DNA from: a virus
Taxonomy: Duplodnaviria > Caudoviricetes
Reading direction: 5' to 3' (one strand)
Virus record (IMG/VR): IMGVR_UViG_3300037524_000965
Location: 1 to 41,017 of that record
Length of the DNA: 41,017 nt
The position numbers and the translations under genes are program-made. This document shows, in pieces, positions 34,961-41,017 of the stretch (within the stretch, counting starts at the first letter, position 1; every line of letters starts with the position of its first letter). Under the pieces are notes generated by a model. That model had not been told where the DNA came from. It ran no database searches and worked only from the letters and a program-made list of their open reading frames with translations.

Positions 34961-35030
34961 GGACAGCACCGCGCTGTCCATGAGAAGGATTAAACGCCAT
35001 TTCGTGACAAAAGAAAACAACTATTTTTGG
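34961..35030 (-). promoter_or_regulatory. sigma70-like promoter plus conserved 5' hairpin (module 6)
   Basis: Minus strand CCAAAAATAGTTG-TTTTCT(35017-35012)-N17-TTTAAT(34994-34989); hairpin GGACAGC-GCGGT-GCTGTCC at 34979-34961. Confidence 0.85.
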
Positions 35031-35119
35031 GTCCTTAAACTGTTGAAATAGCTAGGATTTAGATTTCTCTTCCGAAGGGTTGAGCCTCGCACCAAGGTTT
35101 GGCGCATCCTTGGTCGAAG

Positions 35120-35160
35120 AATTTGCTTTTCGGTCTGGGCGAATCAGGGCATAAGGGGAG
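35120..35160 (+). promoter_or_regulatory. Putative rightward promoter for primase/helicase, with a GANTC site in the spacer
   Basis: TTTTCG(35127)-N17-CATAAG(35150); CGAATCA at 35140-35146. Confidence 0.5.
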
Positions 35161-35310
35161 TCCTGTGCCCAAACACGGAACCGGGGAACAACGGGCGGCG
35201 GTAGCTCCGCCGCCTGCCCCAACTCCGAGAGGCGCAGGCAGTGTTGGGCATGGGGTCTCCGCTACACCCCGAATCGACCCGAGCAGACCCGTTGCGACAC
35301 GGTTCTGTGA
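35161..35310 (+). ncRNA. Putative structured RNA leader (or ssDNA structure) upstream of the primase gene
   Basis: Nested stems 35174-83/35300-09 and 35189-95/35288-94 enclose three hairpins. Confidence 0.5.
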
Positions 35311-35354
35311 TTGAGAAGTCATGTGTGGAGGACAGAAATGGAGCATGGTGAGTC

Positions 35355-36365
35355 ATGAGCTCAGACGCACTTGAGTTCCTGCGGTGGCACACGCCCAATG
35401 GGCCTTGGCAGGTGTGCTGCTTTGACCCACAGGGTGGGCCCAGCGTGACCAAGGTGTTTCGTTATGAACAGCAGCCAGATCTGGCTGCTTTTTTGCGTAG
35501 GGTGAATGGCAGGCTGAATGTGTACTACTCCATCAACTGCCCTAGTGCTCCCAAGGACCGCAAGCCCACCAAGGCAGAGATTGACTCAGTGCGCTGGCTG
35601 CAGGCGGATCTTGATTGCCGCAAGGATCATGATCGGGTGGCGGAGCGTCGGCGCATCTTGCGCATGGTGATGAACGAGCTGCCAGCGAAGGTGCTGAAGC
35701 CTTCGGCCATCGTTGACAGTGGCAATGGGTACCAGCTGCTGTGGCGGATCAAGCCCACCACTGATGTGGCATTGGCAGAGATGATGTCCGAGTGGCTGGG
35801 AGACCAGCTGGGCGGCGACAAGGTGAGCAATGTGGACCGGGTGTTCCGCTTGCCAGGAACTGTGAACATTCCTACAGCGTCTAAGAAGGCTGCTGGCTAC
35901 AATGTTGTGCCAGCCAAGGCGGTGGCCCTGAATGGGCTGTGCTACGATCTTGCTGAGCTCTGCGCGCCGCGCGCTGATGATGCGTTCCTGAGCACGGCTG
36001 ATGTGGGGCTGAAGAAGGTTGAGCGCAGGGACATCGCGCTGTATGATGAGTGGGACATTGGCCGCCTCATGGATGAGGTTGGTGGGTTGCCTGCACAGTG
36101 GCTTGATGAGTATGAGCTGTGGCTGAAGCTGGGCATGATCATCCACCATGTGACGCAAGGCGGTGAGGACGGACTGCAGCTGTGGGACCTGCTGTCGGGC
36201 TATGGCCGTTCCTACCAGCTTGGGGCTTGTGCTCGGCGCTGGCCGAGCTTTGATAGGTACGGTGGACCCCGAGTTGGGGTTGGCACGCTGGTGATGGCCA
36301 TCAAGGACGCTGAGCGTGGGGTTGAGCTGATTAAGGATCGCGTGGCAAAGGACCAAGCAGCATGA
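35355..36365 (+). CDS. AEP primase (RepB'-like) with PriCT-2-like C-terminal domain
   Basis: VYYSIN, ADLD, PSAIVDSGNGYQLLW and DRVFRLPGTVN motifs; C-terminal Y.LWLKLGM..H...GLQLWD..S...RWPSF...GVGTL. Confidence 0.85.
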   Translation: MSSDALEFLRWHTPNGPWQVCCFDPQGGPSVTKVFRYEQQPDLAAFLRRVNGRLNVYYSINCPSAPKDRKPTKAEIDSVRWLQADLDCRKDHDRVAERRRILRMVMNELPAKVLKPSAIVDSGNGYQLLWRIKPTTDVALAEMMSEWLGDQLGGDKVSNVDRVFRLPGTVNIPTASKKAAGYNVVPAKAVALNGLCYDLAELCAPRADDAFLSTADVGLKKVERRDIALYDEWDIGRLMDEVGGLPAQWLDEYELWLKLGMIIHHVTQGGEDGLQLWDLLSGYGRSYQLGACARRWPSFDRYGGPRVGVGTLVMAIKDAERGVELIKDRVAKDQAA

Positions 36366-37798
36366 TTGACGATGATCAGCCGGAAGGCGAAGGCGACAAT
36401 GTGGTGTCAATGGAGAAGATGCGCGAGCGCATTGCTGCCAACAAGAAGCCCAAGGGTGGCGCCAAGAAGGGTCCCATGGAGCTGGCTGAGGCATTCTTAG
36501 AAGGCAGGTCCAAGTTGAAGCTGTATGCTGGTAGCTGGTGGGAGTATGATGCGGGTCGCTATGTGCAGCGCGACAAGGACTGGATCAACTCTGAGTTGTG
36601 GCTGGCGTTTCCTTCGGTGGGTGGCAGCAGGGACATCTCTAACATTGCCAGCGCGGCGCGTGCACAGGCGTATGTGCTTGACTATGGACTGTCCCCACCG
36701 TTCTGGCTGAAGCCAGCAGGCGATGGCCGCGAGCAGGCCGAGGCAGGTGATGGCCTGGTGCTCAGGAATGGGCTGCTTGATCCCAAAACGCGCGAGCTGA
36801 AGCCCATCTCAGACAAGTTCTTTGCCACCTCTTCGCTGACGTATGATTGGCGGCCTGATATGCCAACTCCGGTGTTTGATGAGTGGCTTGATACGGTGCT
36901 GCAGGGTGATAAGGAGTGCATTGAGCTTGCGCTTCAGATGCTCGGCACGCTGGTGTTGGGGGACACTTCCTCGCAGTCGCTGTTCGTGGTGGTTGGCAAG
37001 TCGAATTCAGGCAAGTCAACGCTGTCGAAGTTGGTTGAGGATCTGGTTGGCAAGGAGGCCATCACAGCCAGCACAGTGCAGGATCTTGGATCGCCGAGCG
37101 GGCTTGAGAACTTGGTTGGCAAGAAGCTGTGCATCCTGTCGGACATCCGCACAGGCTCTCAGAGGTACTCCAAGACAGACAGCACGCTAGCTGTGCAGCG
37201 CATCCTGACGATAACGGGCGGTGACATCATTCATGTGCCAATGAGGTATTCAACGACAGGTGGCTGGAGTGGCACGCTTAAGACCAACATGTTGCTGATT
37301 GCCAATGAGATCCCTAAGTTCAGCGACACTGCAGGCGCGATGCTGCGCAGGCTCAGGGTGCTTGAATTCAAGCATCAGATCGCCAAGGCTGATGAGAAGG
37401 TTGATATGCCTGATATGCTGCGGGCTGAGTTGCCAGGGATTTTGGTGAAGGTGCTGGATGCATATGATAGGCTGAAGAAGCGTGGCAACAAGTTCGTGGT
37501 GCCGGCCAGCACGGAAGCAGTGATGGCTGAGGCGGCTGGTGTGTTTGATTATGTGCGTGCGTTTGTGCAGGAGTGCTGTGAGATTGATGGTGACCTTGAG
37601 TCATTTGTTGGTTCAGCTGATCTGCACAACAGGTTTGTGCAGTGGGCGAAGGAAAATGGCATCCATGAGATTGGGTCGGCCACGCTGAAGAAGCGCGTGC
37701 TGAAGCTGGATGGCAGGTTGATTGATGATCGGTTGCAGAAGCACAGCACATCGATCAGGGGCATCAAGGGAATGAAATTGTTGCCAGATGAGTTCTGA
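36362..37798 (+). CDS. SF3 helicase (D5 / P4-alpha-like)
   Basis: LRNGLLD D5_N motif, Walker A GKSNSGKST, L.GKKL..LSD, IANEIP.F.D..GAMLRRL..L.F. Confidence 0.9.
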   Translation: MIDDDQPEGEGDNVVSMEKMRERIAANKKPKGGAKKGPMELAEAFLEGRSKLKLYAGSWWEYDAGRYVQRDKDWINSELWLAFPSVGGSRDISNIASAARAQAYVLDYGLSPPFWLKPAGDGREQAEAGDGLVLRNGLLDPKTRELKPISDKFFATSSLTYDWRPDMPTPVFDEWLDTVLQGDKECIELALQMLGTLVLGDTSSQSLFVVVGKSNSGKSTLSKLVEDLVGKEAITASTVQDLGSPSGLENLVGKKLCILSDIRTGSQRYSKTDSTLAVQRILTITGGDIIHVPMRYSTTGGWSGTLKTNMLLIANEIPKFSDTAGAMLRRLRVLEFKHQIAKADEKVDMPDMLRAELPGILVKVLDAYDRLKKRGNKFVVPASTEAVMAEAAGVFDYVRAFVQECCEIDGDLESFVGSADLHNRFVQWAKENGIHEIGSATLKKRVLKLDGRLIDDRLQKHSTSIRGIKGMKLLPDEF

Positions 37799-37803
37799 TG
37801 TTA

Positions 37804-38051
37804 CAGTCGCCAGTCGAAATTGCAGTCGGATTTCGACGTCGATTTTCGGCGGAAAAGCTGGGCCTCAAGTCGAACAGTCGGATTTTTGCCTTTCCAGCTT
37901 CCCCGGAGATATAGAAGCTCTTAAAAGTGTGTCTCTTTATTAGTTTTGAAGAGGATGATTCCGACTGATCCGACTGCTGCTCAGGTATTGCCTGCTAATT
38001 TGGCAGTCGAAACTGCGAAATTGATCCGACTGCTTCCGACTGATCCGACTG
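37804..38051. repeat. Iteron-like CAGTCG(GA) array around an AT-rich core; putative replication origin
   Basis: CAGTCG at 37804, 37811, 37823, 37875 and 38004; CGACTG at 37962, 37971, 38027, 38037 and 38046; AT-rich at about 37908-37950. Confidence 0.7.
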
Positions 38052-38060
38052 GCCTGCTAA

Positions 38061-38102
38061 GTGTGCTTTCCAACAGCAGCAAAATGAGGCATAAAGAACG
38101 AC
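38061..38102 (+). promoter_or_regulatory. Putative promoter of the packaging/virion operon
   Basis: TTTCCA(38067)-N17-CATAAA(38090); shares GGCATAA with the promoters at 17481 and 35148. Confidence 0.45.
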
Positions 38103-38507
38103 ATGGTCAAAGCGCCGAACGACGGCTACAATCCCAAGCGCTGCTCAGAGCTGCTCGACTCTGCAGCTGAAGGCTTCACGCCACATGCCACTGCTGGGCT
38201 CATGGGTGTGAGTTGGTCAACCATGAAGAAGTGGCGCGAGACCTACCCAGAGTTCGCAGAGGCATTCGAGACAGCTGAGGCGCTGTTGGTCGCGCATCAC
38301 GAGGCCAAGCTCGACAACCCAAGCATTGAGACACACACCGCTGCCAAGTGCAAGAGACTGCTTGAGAACCTTGCGCCTGACTATCACGCGCCCAAGGCCA
38401 CACCATCAAACGCCAACATCACCATCAGCCTTGTCAGTGTGCTGCGCGAGATTGAGAGCCAGACAAAGGTGCTCGACAACGTCAGCTACATTGAGGCCGC
38501 AGAATGA
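38103..38507 (+). CDS. terS: Terminase small subunit
   Basis: YNP..C.......EG......A..MGVS..T...W...YPEF.EA HTH pattern; ATGA-coupled to TerL. Confidence 0.8.
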   Translation: MVKAPNDGYNPKRCSELLDSAAEGFTPHATAGLMGVSWSTMKKWRETYPEFAEAFETAEALLVAHHEAKLDNPSIETHTAAKCKRLLENLAPDYHAPKATPSNANITISLVSVLREIESQTKVLDNVSYIEAAE

Positions 38508-39931
38508 ATGCGCCCATGCACAGCCCTGGTGCTAGCGAGAGCGATCGCCTCAAGGCATTGCTGCTCAACTGGCGCTACGACCCTGTGCTGTTCGTTAGGC
38601 AAGCTCTCAAGGCTCAGCCAGAGGCTTGGCAGCTTGAGGCGCTGCAGGCTCTCGTTACAGAGGACCGCCTGAGCATCAAGGCAGGCCATGGTGTTGGCAA
38701 GAGCACATTCCTCAGCTGGGCCATACTCTGGTTCCTGCTGACGCGCTATCCTGCCAAAGTGCCTTGCACATCGCCCAGCGCCCACCAGCTGTTTGATGTG
38801 CTGTGGGCTGAGGTCACGCTGTGGGCACGCAAGCTGCCAGAAGCCTTGGCCAATCAGATCTCAATCACCAGCACACGCATTGAGCTGGCAGGTGCGCCGC
38901 TTGAGTGCTTCGCCTCGGCACGCACAGCCCGCAAGGAAGCGCCAGACGCGCTGCAAGGCTTCCATAGCGAGAACCTGCTGTTCGTGGTTGACGAGGCGAG
39001 TGGCGTTGAGGACGTGATCTTTGAGGTCGCATCAGGCTCCATGTCCACCAAGGGAGCAAAGCTGATCCTGACAGGCAACCCGCTGCGTGCTCAGGGCTAC
39101 TTCTGGCGCAGCCACCAGCTCAACTCAGGCTTCAAGTGTATGACGGTGTCGTCGGAGTCCGTACCACGGGCTGCCAGCCTCGTCAGCGAGATCGAGCGCA
39201 ACTACGGCAAGGACTCGTCAGTCTACCGCGTGCGCGTGCTCGGTGAGTTCCCGCTGGCCGGCGACGACCAGATGATCCCCTTTGAGCTGGTCACAGCTGC
39301 AGCTGAGCGCCAGATCGAGGTGCCACGCGCTGGCTGTGTCTGGGGTGTGGACGTTGCGCGCTTCGGCGACGACAGCTCGGTGCTGGTCAAGCGGTTCCCG
39401 CGTGGCGTCATTGAGGAGCCCAAGGTCTGGTCAGGCCTGACGACAATGGAGCTGGCCGGCAGGATCAAGCACGAGTATGACTCTGCCAAGTCCAGCGAGC
39501 GCCCAGAGAAGATCTACGTTGATGCGATCGGCATTGGCGCTGGCGTGGCTGATCGGCTCAGCGAGATGCAGCTGCCTGTGATGGCTGTCAATGTCTCTGA
39601 AAACCCAGCGCTGATGACTGACACCGCCTACCGCATGCGCGACGAGCTCTGGGTGCTGGCGCTGCGCTGGTTTGAGAGCCGCGAGTGCACCATTGTCAAC
39701 GACCAGCGCCTGATCAACGAGCTCACAGCCCTGCGCAAGAGCTTTGCTTCTAATGGCAAGATCAGGGTTGAGTCCAAGGACGACCTGCGCAAGCGTGGCC
39801 TGCGCTCGCCTGACGTTGCGGACGCATTCTGCTTGACGTTCGCGTTCCAGCATTTCGCACCTGGCAAGGGCATCACCAGCTCGCGCACAGATCCTCGGAA
39901 GCCCATCTCAAGAGAGGCGACCTACGCATGA
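38504..39931 (+). CDS. terL: Terminase large subunit
   Basis: AGHGVGKS (Walker A), LQGFH, VVDEASG, TGNP, GVDVARFGDD and SPDVADA motifs. Confidence 0.95.
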   Translation: MNAPMHSPGASESDRLKALLLNWRYDPVLFVRQALKAQPEAWQLEALQALVTEDRLSIKAGHGVGKSTFLSWAILWFLLTRYPAKVPCTSPSAHQLFDVLWAEVTLWARKLPEALANQISITSTRIELAGAPLECFASARTARKEAPDALQGFHSENLLFVVDEASGVEDVIFEVASGSMSTKGAKLILTGNPLRAQGYFWRSHQLNSGFKCMTVSSESVPRAASLVSEIERNYGKDSSVYRVRVLGEFPLAGDDQMIPFELVTAAAERQIEVPRAGCVWGVDVARFGDDSSVLVKRFPRGVIEEPKVWSGLTTMELAGRIKHEYDSAKSSERPEKIYVDAIGIGAGVADRLSEMQLPVMAVNVSENPALMTDTAYRMRDELWVLALRWFESRECTIVNDQRLINELTALRKSFASNGKIRVESKDDLRKRGLRSPDVADAFCLTFAFQHFAPGKGITSSRTDPRKPISREATYA

Positions 39932-41017
39932 CCATCTTCAGCAGCGCTGCCCCTGCAGACACCGCCACACCTCTCAAGCCTATGAAGCCTGATCAGGTCC
40001 AGTCCATCGTCAGCCGTGTGCTGGACGACGCTGTGAGCTTCTGCTCAGGCGACCTCAGCAATCGCCGGCAGGCAGCTGACAAGTACTATCAGGGCGAGAC
40101 CTCGCTGAAGAACGTCCCTGGGCAATCAAGGGTCACCGTCACCAAGGTGCGTGACGCTGTGCGCTCAATTGTTCCGAGCCTGGCACGCATCTTCACCCAG
40201 TCCGACAAGATCGCTGAGTTCTACAGCGACGACGAAGAGGACGAGAAGATCTGCGAGGACGCAACCAACTTCTGCAACGCAGTGTTCGCCAAGAACAACG
40301 GCTACCGCGCACTCATCAGCGCCTGCACCGACGCACTCAAGGCTCGTGTCGGCGTCGTCAAGGCCACGCTCGAGGTCGTCAAGGTGCCGATCCATCGTCG
40401 GCAGCGTACATTGATGCCTATGGCCACAGCGGAGCTCACTGACGAGCTCTCTGGGCGCATCACAGAGCTTGATGCTGAGGCGGACCCGAACAACCCTGAC
40501 GTGTTCCAGGCTGGCGCGGTGGCGGTCGCCACGACTTACCGCGAACGCAAGAAGTGGTCTATCCTCTGCGTGCCGCCCGAAGAGTTCATCATCGACGAGA
40601 ACGCCACCTGCCTGGACGATGCAAGGGTGATCGCTCACCGCCGCAACGAGCGCATCGGCACGCTGATGGAGATGGGCTTCAGCTACGAGCAGCTCTCCAA
40701 GCTCGACGCTGCTGAGGACTCGCTGAACGACGAAGCAGGCGAGCGCTCAGACATTGAAGCCTACGAGGACAGCGACGAGAGCACCAGCTCTGACGACCCG
40801 CTGAGCAAGGAGGTGCTGTTCACCGAAGCCTACATCAAGCTCGACGAGGACGGCGACGGTGTGCTTGAGTTCAGGCGCATTGCGTGCGGCGGCACCAACT
40901 ACAAGATCCTTAGCGACGAGCCGGTTAACCACCATCCGTTCGCTGTCTTCACCTCAGAGATCCAGCCGCATGTGTTCCACCCGATCTCGGTGGCTGAGGA
41001 CACCATGCAGGATCAGG
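39928..41017 (+). CDS. Portal protein, N-terminal part (continues through the junction into 1-1314)
   Basis: ATGA overlap with the TerL stop; R..ADKYYQGE, VRDAV..IVPSL.RIF, DAL....GVVK and VPPEEF.ID motifs; open to the window end. Confidence 0.9.
   Translation, partial: MTIFSSAAPADTATPLKPMKPDQVQSIVSRVLDDAVSFCSGDLSNRRQAADKYYQGETSLKNVPGQSRVTVTKVRDAVRSIVPSLARIFTQSDKIAEFYSDDEEDEKICEDATNFCNAVFAKNNGYRALISACTDALKARVGVVKATLEVVKVPIHRRQRTLMPMATAELTDELSGRITELDAEADPNNPDVFQAGAVAVATTYRERKKWSILCVPPEEFIIDENATCLDDARVIAHRRNERIGTLMEMGFSYEQLSKLDAAEDSLNDEAGERSDIEAYEDSDESTSSDDPLSKEVLFTEAYIKLDEDGDGVLEFRRIACGGTNYKILSDEPVNHHPFAVFTSEIQPHVFHPISVAEDTMQDQ
40891..41017. repeat. Terminal direct repeat (circular assembly overlap), right copy
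   Basis: Identical to 1-127. Confidence 0.95.

Noticed and set aside
35189-35294. Cloverleaf-like fold as a tRNA gene
   Set aside because: No TTCRA T-loop, D-loop GG pattern or 7-nt anticodon loop, and arm lengths are wrong; reported as a structured leader instead.
35340-35354. GGAGCATGGTGAGTC before the primase start as a seventh hairpin motif
   Set aside because: It matches AGC-ATGGT-G, but the 3' arm (GAG instead of GCT) cannot pair, and it is far from a predicted TSS.
37804-38051. Short repeats as a CRISPR array, and the 74-aa ORF at 37946-38170
   Set aside because: Repeats are 6-8 bp, irregularly spaced and in both orientations, with no cas genes. The PTDPT repeats in the ORF simply mirror the DNA repeats.
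17451-38102. Lysogeny module or CtrA boxes (TTAA-N7-TTAA) in intergenic regions
   Set aside because: I recognised no integrase, CI-like repressor or partition genes, and saw no full CtrA box in the intergenic regions I read.

Overview
The window is a complete, circularly assembled tailed-phage genome of 40,890 bp. Bases 1-127 are identical to 40891-41017, and the portal gene reads through that junction. The plus strand carries a podovirus-type virion module (terminases, portal, scaffold, capsid, adaptor, nozzle, fibres, GH19 endolysin and holin, ejection proteins) plus an AEP primase and an SF3 helicase. The minus strand carries early and replication genes: SNF2 helicase, DnaE-type polymerase, HNH, DnaQ-like exonuclease, a nucleotide-metabolism cluster built around a divergent ThyX, an SSB-like protein and an AAA+/vWA pair. 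I see no integrase or repressor, so it is probably lytic. GcrA, an RcGTA-type head-spike base and a VPLPA-CTERM protein point to an alphaproteobacterial, possibly Rhodobacterales, host. Most interesting: (1) six sigma70-like promoters, each followed at the predicted transcript start by a hairpin with an invariant AGC-RYGGT-GCT core and covarying outer stems; (2) a candidate DNA base-modification pathway; (3) a phage-encoded exosortase substrate; (4) a putative cysteine-peptidase/AAA+ fusion with a vWA partner; (5) structured leaders before the primase and capsid genes, and an iteron-like origin. All family calls come from motif recognition by eye; no searches were run.
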